From Planctomycetota bacterium (lineage in GTDB: Bacteria > Planctomycetota > UBA1135), in contig JASFYO010000082.1 in NCBI GenBank assembly GCA_045047305.1, positions 15,581 to 79,580 on the forward strand: a DNA stretch of 64,000 nt, read 5' to 3'. The notes under the pieces were generated by a model, which was not told the DNA's origin, searched no databases, and saw only the letters and a program-made list of their open reading frames with translations. This document shows, in pieces, positions 20,275 through 31,445 of this stretch (the first letter of the stretch is position 1; the number at the start of each line of letters is the position of its first letter). The position numbers were made by a program, and so were the translations under genes.

Positions 20275-21177
20275 ATGGACCTCGAAGCACTCAGTTACTT
20301 TGCGCAGATACTGGAATCCGGCAGCTTTAGTGCTGCGGCTAGGGCGCTAGGCATTCCTCGGCAACGGGTACATCGTCGCGTAACGGCTTTGGAGCGGGAT
20401 CTTGGTGTGCGATTGTTGGATCGCAGCACCCGTAGTTTGCGGCTCACTGCCGCTGGACGACGGATGGAATCGCATGCGATTCGAGTTCTAGAAGAGGGCC
20501 GTGCAGCCCGCGCTTCTCTGCGTGGAGTCAAAGAACATCCGTCGGGAACGCTGCGAGTGACCACCACGCCATTGTTCGGCGAACTTGTTTTGAGTCACGT
20601 CATGGAAGAGTTTCTGGGCGCATGGCCAGAGGTACGCATGGAAGCCATCTTTAGTATGGAAGCAGAGCCGCTCCTGGAGCGCGACCTTGACCTTGCGATT
20701 CGCTTCGGTCCTTTGGAGGATTCCAGCTTGATGGCGAAGCCACTCGGCAATGCGCAACTAATTTGGGTCGCGAGCCCTGAGTACTTAAAGCAGAGGTCCA
20801 TTCCAATAGAGTTGGATGAGTTGGAAGCTCACGATTTGTTGGCCTTTAACTCAAGTCCAGGTCGCGAAGAGGAGTGGTCATGGTTGCGGACGTCCTCCGG
20901 GAAACGTTTGCAGCCACGCCTTTCTTGCAGCCTAGAAACTGTAACGCTTCAGGCATGTTTGCAAAGCATAGGCATCGCAAAATTGCCTTACGTTCTTTGT
21001 AGTGAACCGATTGCAGCAGGAAGGCTAGTGGAAGTTTTGCAAGAGCATCGCTCTCCCTTGCTTCCCTTCCATGCTGTTTACGCCGGACGCCTCCGTCATA
21101 ACCCAACCCTTGATGCATTCCTAGAAACGGTAGAGGCGCATCTATGGAAAACGCAGTGGTTTTTTCCCGAAGACTAG
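20275..21177 (+). CDS. LysR-family transcriptional regulator (CrgA-like), divergent from doxX
   Basis: MDLEALSYF..GSFSAAARALG..LERDLGVRLLDRSTRSLRLT; start at ATG 20275. Confidence 0.92.
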   Translation: MDLEALSYFAQILESGSFSAAARALGIPRQRVHRRVTALERDLGVRLLDRSTRSLRLTAAGRRMESHAIRVLEEGRAARASLRGVKEHPSGTLRVTTTPLFGELVLSHVMEEFLGAWPEVRMEAIFSMEAEPLLERDLDLAIRFGPLEDSSLMAKPLGNAQLIWVASPEYLKQRSIPIELDELEAHDLLAFNSSPGREEEWSWLRTSSGKRLQPRLSCSLETVTLQACLQSIGIAKLPYVLCSEPIAAGRLVEVLQEHRSPLLPFHAVYAGRLRHNPTLDAFLETVEAHLWKTQWFFPED

Positions 21178-21193
21178 CGAAATCAGAGTTTCC

Positions 21194-22114
21194 CTAATGC
21201 TGATTCGCATGCATAAGCGCGACGGCTTCTGCGAGGAGTTTTGAGTCGATGGAAAGGGTAATCGTCTGAGGCGCATTCGTATCGACCACTTGGAATGGGA
21301 CCATGTCGGATTCGTCGCCAATAGGAATCGTTGCCATATTTCCGCCGGCACTTGCGCCAGTTACCGCCAAGTTGTTCAGTGAGATCGCTGCTTCGAAGTT
21401 GCCAGGGAATGGGACCACACCTTCACCGAACCAAGGAGGGCCCAAGAAGATGAGATCAGCAAACCAGAGTTGTTTGCTTTCCCTGCTTACGACGTTGACA
21501 GAGATGGTCCAGCCGGGAGCGAGTTCCGGAGGGTCCGAGATTTCGATATTGATTGGATAGCCCGCTTGCAGGATTACTTTCATTCCATCGTGCGGATTCC
21601 GTACTTTTTGAACCTGAGTGTCCTGGGCAGAAATGTAAATCTCATCAAGCGGTGTTGAAGTAAGGATTAAGAGGACGCCGTCTTCTTCTTCGTCTCCAAT
21701 TGCACGGCTGTCCTTGTTGCGCGCTTGGATCCAGTAGGGCTTGGATCCGTCCGCCCGCTCAACCAAGATGCGCATGGGTTGGTACAAACCTTGGAGGTCA
21801 ATCGTCCCGAGATCGTAGTTTCCGCCCTCAGGGCCAAGCTCAATTGTTTTCCTGAACAGCGGTAGATTTCGGATTCTTAACTCCCATTTTCCAGGCGCCA
21901 GTGAACCCATAGATCGAAAGGAACCATCTTTGCTCATCCTGGACCAGACCCAACGGTTCTTCATGGAAAGATCGTTGCATTCAAATTCAACGCTCAAGGA
22001 ATCATCTTGCATATGTTCATTTGGGATGAGGTTCCCAGTAATGTACCAAGCAGGTAAAAGTTGAAGAGTGGCGAAATTCTCTGGCACCTGGATTTCCATT
22101 TCCGCTGGAAGCAA
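21194..22114 (-). pseudogene. Probable 5'-truncated remnant of a third beta-sandwich repeat protein
   Basis: Resembles the C-terminal third of 14349/16993 (DG.F, IDL.G, GYPI.I). No signal peptide; the frame stays open with no ATG up to the rmlC-like stop at 22229. Confidence 0.5.
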
Positions 22115-22171
22115 CCCGTCTTTTTCGGCTGTAATTTTAATGCGCTCACCAACAGGGAAGCCATAAACGAA

Positions 22172-22206
22172 ACATCCTCCCAGTCTAAGTAAGACGGGGA
22201 GGATGT
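22172..22206. terminator. Strong hairpin downstream of the rmlC-like gene
   Basis: ACATCCTCCC..GTCT-AAGTA-AGAC..GGGAGGATGT inverted repeat; followed by TTCGTTT on the minus strand. Confidence 0.55.
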
Positions 22207-22228
22207 GCTTGGTCTCGCCAGAGTGAGA

Positions 22229-22714
22229 TTACATGTGCTTCAGATCCCAGTCGTAATCGATTTCGTCTGAGAACGGATCAATCCGGTCCATTTCGGGTTC
22301 GCCGTGTGGCAGGTCGGAACAGTTGGCAGTCAACGCTGGGGTGGTGCCATAAGTCTTGTAACCATTTGCCACTCCCACAGGGATGCGAATCAAGCAATAG
22401 TTATTTTCTCCAAGGAAGTGCTCTTCAATCACACCTTTGCTTGGGGAACCCTCGCGCATGTCGCAAAGTACCAACTTGATCATGCCTTGAAGCACCGCGT
22501 AATGTTGAGTTTGCAAGCGATGAATGTGCCACCCTTTGATGGCTCCAGGCATCGACTGCGAAAAGTAAACCTCGCCGAATTTGGTGAAGATTGGGCTGTC
22601 GTTGCGGAACATGTGCATGATCATGCCGCGCTCATCGCAGATTTTGCGCAGAGGCTGCACGTAGACACCTTCGATTTTCGACCCTTGGGTTAATTTGGAA
22701 ACGTCTTCGCTCAT
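22229..22714 (-). CDS. dTDP-4-dehydrorhamnose 3,5-epimerase family (RmlC-like cupin)
   Basis: DERG, YFS..PGAIKGWHIH, D.REGSP and IP.GVANG motifs. Confidence 0.88.
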   Translation of the reverse strand: MSEDVSKLTQGSKIEGVYVQPLRKICDERGMIMHMFRNDSPIFTKFGEVYFSQSMPGAIKGWHIHRLQTQHYAVLQGMIKLVLCDMREGSPSKGVIEEHFLGENNYCLIRIPVGVANGYKTYGTTPALTANCSDLPHGEPEMDRIDPFSDEIDYDWDLKHM

Positions 22715-22718
22715 CAGA

Positions 22719-23753
22719 TCAGTCCTTTTTAGAAAGTTCGGTGAAGTAATCCGGAAGACCGCCGTCGGCCATCTTGCCCTGAAGAGTTATCAGACGCGTA
22801 TAGCGCCCATTCTCAAATTCCGATGAGAAGTTTTCGCGCTCTTTGTACTCGGTGTACATCACAGGTACTGCCGAACGTACCGACCACTCCAGCTTAAACT
22901 CAGGAAGCGTTTTGGTGAGTAGGTCGAAGCAGACGCGGTAGTTACGTGGATCAGGCACCGCCGTTTCTGCAATGGTGATTTCAGAACCTTCTACATTGCT
23001 GTGAACGATTTCTGCAACTTCGCAAATCTGATAGTTGTCATCGTTGCCGCCGACGTTCACGGCCAAACCGCCAACGTCTTCCATTGGTGCTTCGCTCAAG
23101 GCACAGAATGCACGCGCGATATCACGGCAATGCACCAACGGACGCCAAGAGGTGCCATCGGACATGAGCTTTACCTCGTTGATGCTAACTGCAAATGCGA
23201 GCAGGTTATTCACGGCAAGGTCGGTGCGCAAACGCGGGCTCTGACCATAAGCGGTGGAGTTACGAAGGTAGGTGACCGCAAAGTCATCACTCTCTAACTC
23301 CGTCAGTTGCGCCTCGGCGTTGACCTTCGATTCTGCATAAGCAGAGACTGGTGTGAACGCGGCGGTCTCATCGAGAATTGTGTCGCCGGCTGCACCATAA
23401 ATGGAGCAGGAACTTGCGAACAAGAAACGCGATACACCAGCTTCCTTGGCCGCGCGGGCGACATGCAGGGTGCCGCCAGTGTTGATGTGGTGGGTGATGC
23501 GTGGATCCAAGTCGCCCATAGGGTCATTGGAGATCGCAGCGAGATGCACGACCGCATCGACACCTTTCAGCATTTCGGGAGTGATGTCAAAGACATCCAT
23601 GGTGAGGTCTTCGTCGGCGACGGCGGGGGTGCCGAATTCAACACCATCGTAAAGGCCGATATCGACCCCCATGACTTGGTGTCCGCGGGATTGGAAGACG
23701 TCGATGGCGTGAGCGCCAATGTAGCCACGATGGCCGGTGATGAGGACTTTCAT
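22719..23753 (-). CDS. NAD-dependent epimerase/dehydratase (extended SDR)
   Basis: TGHRGYIG, HLAAISNDP, ASSCSIYG and YAESK motifs. Confidence 0.9.
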   Translation of the reverse strand: MKVLITGHRGYIGAHAIDVFQSRGHQVMGVDIGLYDGVEFGTPAVADEDLTMDVFDITPEMLKGVDAVVHLAAISNDPMGDLDPRITHHINTGGTLHVARAAKEAGVSRFLFASSCSIYGAAGDTILDETAAFTPVSAYAESKVNAEAQLTELESDDFAVTYLRNSTAYGQSPRLRTDLAVNNLLAFAVSINEVKLMSDGTSWRPLVHCRDIARAFCALSEAPMEDVGGLAVNVGGNDDNYQICEVAEIVHSNVEGSEITIAETAVPDPRNYRVCFDLLTKTLPEFKLEWSVRSAVPVMYTEYKERENFSSEFENGRYTRLITLQGKMADGGLPDYFTELSKKD

Positions 23754-23846
23754 GATGCAGTGGGGAGGTGCCCAGGAGGGAAGTGCAGATTCTAACGGCT
23801 CTTAGCGGGTTCAGCCGCGCCCAAGATGACGGATTCCACAGTGTGA

Positions 23847-26306
23847 TTAGCGTGCGCAGAGCTCCTCAACCTTCCACCGATTGAGGGTTTCAAGCAGTAC
23901 TTTAGAGCTGACCGGCTTACACATGTAGTCATCCATGCCGCTTCTCAGCACGAGTTCGCGCGTTTCCATATTTGCGTTTGGAGTCATCGCCACAATGATT
24001 GTGTGTTGGTCTGCTTCTTCCTCGCGGAAGCGAATGATGCGGGTGGCCTCATAGCCATCCATAATCGGCATCTGACAATCCATGAACACGATGTCGTAGC
24101 TCCTCTCCGCCATGCGCTTTACAGCATCTTCGCCGTTTTGGGCTTGGTCGACGCGGCAGCCAAGGCGTCCGAGCAATTTGCTGATCATTTCGCTGTTGAC
24201 GGGATCGTCTTCTGCAACCAAAACGCGCAAGCCAAGGTACTGCGCGATGGCCGTTTTGAAATCTCCAGCATCTTCCGTGTGCGGCGGATCGATTGCGATG
24301 CCATAAGCCTTCAGCATGATGTTGTGGAGGACGTTGTGCCGCACTGGGCCACGCAGACGGAAATCCCATGGACGATCACTAAATTCTTTCGAGCGTGAAT
24401 GTCCATCTGGCTTAGTGCGTAAGACCAACTTGATTTGCCCACTATTCTTAGTCGCCCGAATCTGACGACAAAGCATCATTCCTGATTGCCCGGGCAAATC
24501 TTCACTCAAAACAGCCATGTCGAAAGGGGTCTTCAGTAACACCGAGGCGCGGATTTCCCGAATCGCATCCCATCCATCCGCCGCCGTGGTGACGTGGAAT
24601 CCCCAAGCGGAAAACTGTTGGGTAAGTTGTTCGGCACGCAAAGGGTTACCTTCCGCCAATAGAATTCGACGCCCCTGCCATTCCTCCACTACATTGTGGA
24701 AATGATTCTGTGGAAGGTCCGACCCAACCGTAACCGTAAAGCAGAAGGAGGTGCCCTCGCCGAGCTTGCTTTCCACCCAAATGGATCCACCCATTAAGCG
24801 CACAATTTGTCGCGTAACCGCCAATCCAAGGCCATTACCACCAAATTCGTGGCCGTCTTCCTGGCCCGGTTGAGAGAAGGAGCGAAGAATGCGCACGCGC
24901 TTGTCTTCCGGCATACCTGCGCCGGTATCGCGCACATGGAAGCGCAAAACAGCAGCCTTGCCATCTTCCTCGACTAACTCAATCAGTAGGTTTACGTCGC
25001 CGTCGCGAGTATGACGTAATGCATTTGCCGCCAACTTAATTAAGATCTGCCGCAAACGGACTTCATCACCCAAAATTCGATTCGGTACTTCTGGAGTGAC
25101 AAACCCGGATAGATCAACATTGTGTTGATTAGCTTGAATGGTCAGGAGCTCCAAGACCCCGTCCATCAAGCGACGTGGGTCCAAGCTCTTTTTCTCTAAG
25201 TTCACGCTTCCCGATTCCAAGCGTGAGAAATCTTGCACATCTTCGACCAGCGCTAACACCGCATTGGCTGAACCTGTAATCACATCGGTGGCATCCTGCT
25301 GTTGCTCATCCAAATCCGATGCCTTGAGTAACTTTGCCATGCCAATGACTCCCGTCATTGGGGTGCGTATTTCTTGCGTAATAGATGCAAGGAATTCACT
25401 TTTAGAGCGGGTAGCAATCTCAGCTTCCCTACGTGCAGACTCAAACTTGCGCCGCATTTTGCGTTCGCTTTGAAACATCATGTGCAGTTCCGCAAGCAAG
25501 CCGCCGGCAGGAACTAAGTATCCCATGGCTTTCATCGCGTGCGCGATGTTGAAGGCCGAGTCATAAAGCTCCGTTGATCCCAATGCCATGTACAGCTGGG
25601 TTGCACATTGCGGAATGGTGGACAATATGAGTGCCAGCGCGAATGGAGAAGGATGGTTGCGGTAATAAGCCGGAAACACCAGGAAGCCGCATGTTAAATA
25701 GATAGCGAGCGGGTAAAGGTCGAGCGGGCGCTTGATGAAGTTTTCCGCATAGAGGGTTCGTGGCAGACCAGGCGAGCTAGCACTGTAATGCATTAAGAAC
25801 CAAGCGGATCCCATGATGCTAAGGCCAATGATGCCAAAGGTGAAATTACGAATACGCCGGTTGGGCCCACGCCAAAGTACAAACATGCCTACGCCAACGA
25901 GTGAAATCAGTCCGGCAAACAAACGGCTTCCAATCCATGTGTATGGAATAAAGTTTTCCATATCGACTACGTCGGCGACTAGTCCGTCCGCAGCAAGGGT
26001 ATGGAAAATGTCCATGCCTGCAGCGCCGAGCATGGCCAACCCAATGATGGGTAGCGAAGGTTCCTCGTTTAATCGATAGTGCAGGAATGCCAAAATACCG
26101 ACCATGAGAGCAGCGCAAACTCCGGTCCACTCGAGCAAGCTATGGGTCATGCTTTGGCCGTGACCAGTCGGCGGGCTTGAGAAATCAAAGCCGAGCAGCA
26201 TCAGCAATGCTGGCAACACGCACGCCCCGATGGCTACGAGGCCATAGGTTCTACATCCAGACCAAGGCTTGGATGAGAGGTGGATTGCTGTTGAGGGGAT
26301 CATCAA
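23847..26306 (-). CDS. Membrane-sensor (MASE3-like) hybrid histidine kinase homologue lacking the phosphoacceptor His (pseudokinase)
   Basis: Multi-TM sensor; H-box reads FLASITQEIRTPM; HATPase G-boxes present; degenerate REC1 (AVLSEDLP) and intact REC2 (FMDCQMP). Confidence 0.85.
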   Translation of the reverse strand: MMIPSTAIHLSSKPWSGCRTYGLVAIGACVLPALLMLLGFDFSSPPTGHGQSMTHSLLEWTGVCAALMVGILAFLHYRLNEEPSLPIIGLAMLGAAGMDIFHTLAADGLVADVVDMENFIPYTWIGSRLFAGLISLVGVGMFVLWRGPNRRIRNFTFGIIGLSIMGSAWFLMHYSASSPGLPRTLYAENFIKRPLDLYPLAIYLTCGFLVFPAYYRNHPSPFALALILSTIPQCATQLYMALGSTELYDSAFNIAHAMKAMGYLVPAGGLLAELHMMFQSERKMRRKFESARREAEIATRSKSEFLASITQEIRTPMTGVIGMAKLLKASDLDEQQQDATDVITGSANAVLALVEDVQDFSRLESGSVNLEKKSLDPRRLMDGVLELLTIQANQHNVDLSGFVTPEVPNRILGDEVRLRQILIKLAANALRHTRDGDVNLLIELVEEDGKAAVLRFHVRDTGAGMPEDKRVRILRSFSQPGQEDGHEFGGNGLGLAVTRQIVRLMGGSIWVESKLGEGTSFCFTVTVGSDLPQNHFHNVVEEWQGRRILLAEGNPLRAEQLTQQFSAWGFHVTTAADGWDAIREIRASVLLKTPFDMAVLSEDLPGQSGMMLCRQIRATKNSGQIKLVLRTKPDGHSRSKEFSDRPWDFRLRGPVRHNVLHNIMLKAYGIAIDPPHTEDAGDFKTAIAQYLGLRVLVAEDDPVNSEMISKLLGRLGCRVDQAQNGEDAVKRMAERSYDIVFMDCQMPIMDGYEATRIIRFREEEADQHTIIVAMTPNANMETRELVLRSGMDDYMCKPVSSKVLLETLNRWKVEELCAR

Positions 26307-26325
26307 TACCTAAGCAGAGGGTCGC

Positions 26326-28884
26326 TCAGGAAGGGACGGGTTGAGGAAGCCAGGAGTGGAAGACGTTGGTGATGTCTTCCATGGTGAAGGGCTTTGCGAT
26401 GTAATCGTCCATGCCGGCTTCCAGGCAGAGTTCTCGGTCTCCGGCCATGGCATTGGCCGTCATCGCAATAATGGGAAGGTGAGTGCCTTTGGTTTCGGCT
26501 GCGCGAATGATTTCGGTGGCTCTATAGCCATCAATTTCGGGCATCTGGCAGTCCATGAAGATCAAATCGTAATTACCGTTTTGGTTCATTTGGACCGCTT
26601 CTGCGCCATTGTTTGCGATTTCAACGGTGCACCCCAATTTTTCGAGATGCTTCGCAGCGACCTTTTGGTTCACTAGATTGTCTTCAGCGAGCAAAATGTG
26701 CGGATGTTCCATATAGTCACCTGTGGAATTTTCATTCACCGCTGGTGCCACTTCAGGATCTGCTCCATCAGGGATGTAGGGTCCACTTGGAAGCGTATCT
26801 ACCGTGCCGAGTGCGTTGAAAATAGCGCTCCGCAGCAGCGCTTTCTTGATTGGTTTGCGGAGGATGGAATGGAAGCTTCCGTCACGCAGTACATCGCCAA
26901 ATGCAGAAGCATCGACCGGTGCCAAAGCAATGAGCTTGGTAGTGGAAGCCGCTGAATCCTGCGCTAATTTTGCGTATAGCTCAGAGGCATCTTTGCCTGG
27001 AAGGTCCAAATCGACCAAAGCAATTTGGATGGGAGTTCCGTCGGCATCGGCATCGCGCAAGCCATCGATAAGGTCCAAGGCTTCTGCAGCTTCGCAAACG
27101 CGGCATCCCCAAGATTTAAGATGGGAGATGAGCCCCTGACGGTTTGCTAAGGCGCCATCGGCAACGATAACGCGAGTTGCAGCGAGTGGATCGGCACTTG
27201 GAACTAGGACTCCACCGTAGCCAGCTTGTTTGGTTAAACGTACTGTAAACCAGAAGGTTGAACCTTCGCCTTCGACGCTGCTTACGCCAACATCGCCGTC
27301 CATCAGCGCCGCAAGTTCTTTAGCGATGGCCAACCCTAGGCCGGAGCCTCCGTATTTCCGGCTTGCTGAGCCATCCACTTGCGAGAAGCTGTGGAATAAG
27401 CGCGACATGGCGTGCGCTGGAATACCAACTCCAGTATCTCTAATTTCGAACTGTAACTTTACAGCCTGACCATCGTCATAGAGCATGCTTCCGTGGATGG
27501 AGATCTCACCTTTTTCAGTGAATTTCACTGCGTTACTGGCCAGGATGAGAAGTAGTTGGCGTAATCGATTCGAATCGCCAATCAGTTGTGGGGGGATCTC
27601 GGGGCGTAGATAGCCTGAGAGTTGCAATCCCTTTTGCGAGGCGGAAAAGTTGAGCGATTCAATCAGATCTTCGAACATGCTTTGCAAATCAAAGGAGGTG
27701 GACTCAAGTTCTACTTTGCCAGCTTCCACTTTGGAAAAATCCAAAATGTCGTTGAGCAGTTTCATGAGACTGTCCGTTGATGCGCGAACTTCTTGGGTGA
27801 ACTCTTTCTGCTCCTCGGTGAGATCGGTGTCAAGCAGCAAGGCGCTCATGCCCAGTACCCCGTTCATGGGAGTGCGGATTTCATGACTCATCGCAGCCAG
27901 GAATTCACCTTTTGCGCTGGAGGCTTTCTCAACCTCTCTTCGCGCTGAAACCAATTCCACCTCTGCCGCTCTTTGGCGGTGATGCCCTTTGCTCAGGACT
28001 AGCAGCAGGCCAATCGCAGGAATTAAATACTCCAAAGGCTTCAGCAGGTGCGCCGCGTTGAAGGCACCATCGAATATTTGCTGGGAGCCTAACGCCATGT
28101 AGAGCTGAACCGCGATTTGCGGAATCAACATCAACATGAGGGCTAGTGAAAATGGTGATGGGTTACGTCGGTAATACAGCGGGAGTAAGCCAATGCCGGA
28201 AAGCAGGAACAGCGCCAGCGGGGCGAGATCAAAGGGGCGCTTGATAAGGGCGTCGGGATAAATCGTCTGCGGCAAATTCACCGCCTGTGAGACTGCTTGC
28301 GTTGCCAGCCATGCAATCGCTAAGAGAGCGACTCCGGTGGCGAGTACGGCAGGTAGCGGGATTTTTTTACGGCCCGGCAACCAAATAGCGAAAAGGCCGA
28401 TGCCGACTACCTGAATGGTGGCGTTAAAGAATCGTCCGAGCGCCCAGGTGTAGGGCAAAAGGTCGGGCGCCCCTGAAGCCGCAGAGAGCAAGCGGTTGGC
28501 TGCCAAGGTGTGAAAGGCATCCATGCCGGCCGCGAAAATCAAGGCAAGGCCAATGACAGGAAGAGCTACTTCCTTGGTCAAGCGATATTGGGCGATGGCC
28601 AGTAGTCCTACAAAAAGGCCGACACATGCGGCAGTCCACTCCATAAGCGTATGCGTGAAGCTTGCTTGCAACCAGTGGTGGGCGAGCTCGGCTGCGGGAA
28701 TTGCTCCACTGAGTGGGTCTGGCGCCAGCATGTCCATGGTGGATAGGGAGACGCCAAAAAGCATCAGAATCCCTGGTAGAGCACATATTGCTGCAAGCAA
28801 TCCACCCCATTTCAGGAGTGATTGGCGGGCCTCCCCAGGTAAAGACCGGTGTTGGGAGGGCGAGCGAGTAGGCAGATGGGCCAT
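26326..28884 (-). CDS. Membrane-sensor (MASE3-like) hybrid histidine kinase with two receiver domains
   Basis: [35 protein letters not shown]1 ALVDLDLP and REC2 FMDCQMP; start placed at ATG 28884 to avoid overlap with lhgO. Confidence 0.92.
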   Translation of the reverse strand: MAHLPTRSPSQHRSLPGEARQSLLKWGGLLAAICALPGILMLFGVSLSTMDMLAPDPLSGAIPAAELAHHWLQASFTHTLMEWTAACVGLFVGLLAIAQYRLTKEVALPVIGLALIFAAGMDAFHTLAANRLLSAASGAPDLLPYTWALGRFFNATIQVVGIGLFAIWLPGRKKIPLPAVLATGVALLAIAWLATQAVSQAVNLPQTIYPDALIKRPFDLAPLALFLLSGIGLLPLYYRRNPSPFSLALMLMLIPQIAVQLYMALGSQQIFDGAFNAAHLLKPLEYLIPAIGLLLVLSKGHHRQRAAEVELVSARREVEKASSAKGEFLAAMSHEIRTPMNGVLGMSALLLDTDLTEEQKEFTQEVRASTDSLMKLLNDILDFSKVEAGKVELESTSFDLQSMFEDLIESLNFSASQKGLQLSGYLRPEIPPQLIGDSNRLRQLLLILASNAVKFTEKGEISIHGSMLYDDGQAVKLQFEIRDTGVGIPAHAMSRLFHSFSQVDGSASRKYGGSGLGLAIAKELAALMDGDVGVSSVEGEGSTFWFTVRLTKQAGYGGVLVPSADPLAATRVIVADGALANRQGLISHLKSWGCRVCEAAEALDLIDGLRDADADGTPIQIALVDLDLPGKDASELYAKLAQDSAASTTKLIALAPVDASAFGDVLRDGSFHSILRKPIKKALLRSAIFNALGTVDTLPSGPYIPDGADPEVAPAVNENSTGDYMEHPHILLAEDNLVNQKVAAKHLEKLGCTVEIANNGAEAVQMNQNGNYDLIFMDCQMPEIDGYRATEIIRAAETKGTHLPIIAMTANAMAGDRELCLEAGMDDYIAKPFTMEDITNVFHSWLPQPVPS

Positions 28885-28991
28885 GAGGAGGTCGGGGCGA
28901 CCCGGAATTAGGCTTCCATCTATCGGCCAGCAAAGAGATTTCCTCCAGCACGCCTTGAATACGGCCGAAAAAGGCCGCTTGGTTGGTAATC

Positions 28992-30200
28992 CTAGTCCTC
29001 GATGCGGCTGGAGACCCGCTCCACGATGGCCTTGCCAATCGACAAGCTGCTGGTGGCGGCTGGGGAGGGGGCGTTGCATACATTCACCACCTGGCCATGC
29101 TCTTTGTAGAGAAAGTCGTCGATCATCGAACCATCTGGCATCAAGGCTTGTGCGCGCACGCCGGCAGGGGCCTTTTGCAGATGAGTCTCGCGGATTTCAG
29201 GCATCAAGCGTGCGAGGGCTTTGGTGAAAGCCTTGCGCGAAAGGGAACGGTGCATTTCGCCTAGGCCACTCTTCCAGTGCTTCGCCATCATTTTCCAAAA
29301 TCCGCCATAGCTGAAAGTGCCAGCAAGATCGCGGAGATTGATATCGGTCCAGGTATAGCCCTCACGCGCCAGCGCCAAGACGGCATTCGGGCCACATTCC
29401 ACCGAACCATCGATCATGCGGGTGAAGTGCACGCCAAGGAAGGGGAAGTTGGGGTCGGGCACTGGATAAATTAGATGCTTGCACAGATGTTTGGCATCTT
29501 CTTTTAGCTCATAGTATTCACCGCGGAACGGAACAATGCGAGCTGGCGGATGTGCACCACTCATTTTGGTGACCCTATCGTTCTGCAAGCCGGCGCAGTT
29601 CACCACAACCTTAGCGATAACGTCGCCCAGGCTAGTTTTTACCACCGTGCCTTCTGCCCTTTCCTCCATGCCAGTCACCCTGGCGTTGTATTGGATGGAG
29701 CCGCCCATTTCCTCAATTCGTTCGCTAAAGCGCTTACACACCTGGGGGTAGGAAACAATTCCGGCTTCCGGCACCCGAATCGCCTGGATTCCTGCAGCGT
29801 GCGGCTCGATTTCGCGGAGCTGATCCCCACTTATTTTCTCGCAGTCGACTCCATTCTCCAATCCACGCTTGAAAATGGTTTCCATCGCGGGGAGCTCGGA
29901 TTCATCGAGTGCAACAATGACCTTGCCACAAATCTCGTATGCAATGCCTTCTTTCTCGCAGAAGGCTTCCATCAAAGCCTTGCCCTCGCGGCAGTTTTTT
30001 GCCTTATAGGAGCCTGGCTTGTAATAAATTCCCGAATGCAATACGCCAGAGTTGTGCCCAGTTTGATGTAGGGCAGGGCCGGCTTCCTTTTCTAGGATGC
30101 GCAAACCCTTACCTGGGTAGCGTTGTAGCAGCTGATATGCCGTGGCTAGGCCAACGATTCCTGCACCGATGATGACGACGTCTGCTTGGGGGGATTCCAT
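28992..30200 (-). CDS. lhgO: L-2-hydroxyglutarate oxidase
   Basis: [41 protein letters not shown] and [11 protein letters not shown] motifs. Confidence 0.92.
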   Translation of the reverse strand: MESPQADVVIIGAGIVGLATAYQLLQRYPGKGLRILEKEAGPALHQTGHNSGVLHSGIYYKPGSYKAKNCREGKALMEAFCEKEGIAYEICGKVIVALDESELPAMETIFKRGLENGVDCEKISGDQLREIEPHAAGIQAIRVPEAGIVSYPQVCKRFSERIEEMGGSIQYNARVTGMEERAEGTVVKTSLGDVIAKVVVNCAGLQNDRVTKMSGAHPPARIVPFRGEYYELKEDAKHLCKHLIYPVPDPNFPFLGVHFTRMIDGSVECGPNAVLALAREGYTWTDINLRDLAGTFSYGGFWKMMAKHWKSGLGEMHRSLSRKAFTKALARLMPEIRETHLQKAPAGVRAQALMPDGSMIDDFLYKEHGQVVNVCNAPSPAATSSLSIGKAIVERVSSRIED

Positions 30201-30227
30201 GCTGACGGATTCTATCCCAACTTTTCC

Positions 30228-30599
30228 TTAGTCGAGTAACAACTCGCGCAGTGGTTGGGTGAACCAAACGGCCAAGCTCACTACCCCGACGGCCAGCCAC
30301 GTGGAATGCTCGGCTAATCCAGCAAGCATCGTGGATGGGAAGGAGCGGAGACTGTCCACTGGTAGACCGAGGTTGTCCCAAAGCAAACTTCCGAGCATGA
30401 GGGTTGCTGCCATGAGGCTGCCCCAAAACAAAACCGATGCAAGTTTGGAACGAGAGGCCGCGGTCTTGGCAGCTTGGGCTTGAAGGTTGTTTGCAGCCCA
30501 TTGCTGCAGAACGTTCTCACTCCAGGCCTGGACCTGATCATGCGCAAGCTCAGCGTGGTGAGCGCGCGGATCACGAAGGATGTCGTCGAGGTTTTTCAT
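30228..30599 (-). CDS. Putative membrane anti-sigma factor (2 TM)
   Basis: ATGA overlap with the ECF sigma gene; two hydrophobic segments. Confidence 0.6.
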   Translation of the reverse strand: MKNLDDILRDPRAHHAELAHDQVQAWSENVLQQWAANNLQAQAAKTAASRSKLASVLFWGSLMAATLMLGSLLWDNLGLPVDSLRSFPSTMLAGLAEHSTWLAVGVVSLAVWFTQPLRELLLD

Positions 30600-31147
30600 G
30601 CTGGAGAGGGGCCTAAAAGTTCACGCAATCTTTCTCGACCACGCTTGAGCCAGGACTTTACGGTGTTGGAAGTGGAGCCCATTAAGGTGGCAATCTCCGC
30701 AACACCAAGTTCGTCCAAGTAATGATAACCCATGGCTAGCCTTTGGTTATCGGGAAGTTGTTGCATAAACCTGCGCACCCGCAGGACTTCATCTTCTTGT
30801 CCGGTGATCTCACTAGATTCTCGTGAGCTTGCTTCTGGCTCCGACACAAAATCCAAATGTTGCACTTTGCCTTGGTGCCGCTGGAGCCGCTCTTTGGCGC
30901 GTAAACACTCGCGATAGGCAATGCGATAAACCCACGTACTAAGCTTGGAATCGCCACGAAACGCCTCTAATCCGCGTAGTGCACGAATTAGCGTTTCCTG
31001 CACTACATCTTGTATGAGGTCTTGGGGCAGTTGAAAACGCATGGCCTGCGCAGCAATGGATGAAGAAAAAGCCTCCACAAAACGTCTTGAGTTCGTAGGT
31101 GTGAGCGGGAGGAAATCCGCAACTCGTGTTTGGGGCTGGTCTTCCAC
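30596..31147 (-). CDS. ECF RNA polymerase sigma factor
   Basis: DVVQETLIRA..FRGDSKLSTWVYRIA (region 2) and EIA..STSNTVKSWLKRGR (region 4); start placed at GTG 31147, just downstream of the predicted ECF promoter. Confidence 0.9.
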   Translation of the reverse strand: MEDQPQTRVADFLPLTPTNSRRFVEAFSSSIAAQAMRFQLPQDLIQDVVQETLIRALRGLEAFRGDSKLSTWVYRIAYRECLRAKERLQRHQGKVQHLDFVSEPEASSRESSEITGQEDEVLRVRRFMQQLPDNQRLAMGYHYLDELGVAEIATLMGSTSNTVKSWLKRGRERLRELLGPSPA

Positions 31148-31158
31148 CGTCGTTTTAC

Positions 31159-31186
31159 CGACCCGCATCCTAGTCTTGCGGTTGCA
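31159..31186 (-). promoter_or_regulatory. ECF-type promoter TGCAACC-N16-GGTCG upstream of the sigma gene
   Basis: Same -35/-10 elements and spacing as the copy at 31528-31555. Confidence 0.65.
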
Positions 31187-31266
31187 CAAAAATTTCTCCT
31201 ACATCTTGCCCACATGCCCGTAAGTCTCTGTGGCAAGCAACAAGCAACAAGCAATAAAACGAAATC

Positions 31267-31434
31267 ATGTCTCTCCTCCACACAGCAGTCTCTCTGGCTT
31301 TTCCTTTCCTCAAGGATGCAGACCCCATGGTCATGGCGCCAGTTCTTGCACTGGTTTTCTCCTTTTCTCTAGTCGGCCTGTTTGGCCTGTTCATGGCTGC
31401 TCAGGACTTTTTAAGCACCAAAAAGACGTATTAG
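31267..31434 (+). CDS. Small (55 aa) hydrophobic protein not in the ORF track
   Basis: MSLLHTAVSLAFPFLKDADPMVMAPVLALVFSFSLVGLFGLFMAAQDFLSTKKTY*; A-rich leader, one TM segment, followed by hairpins and a U-tract. Confidence 0.55.
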   Translation: MSLLHTAVSLAFPFLKDADPMVMAPVLALVFSFSLVGLFGLFMAAQDFLSTKKTY

Positions 31435-31445
31435 AAAGGGGACAA

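Noticed and set aside
28885..29079. N-terminal extension of the hybrid kinase overlapping lhgO
   Set aside because: Overlaps a confident gene and the sequence looks non-coding; ATG 28884 is the better start.
31233..31256. Short tandem repeat (AAGCAAC-like units)
   Set aside because: Only about three 7-nt units, with no spacers and no cas genes; not CRISPR, probably an A-rich leader.
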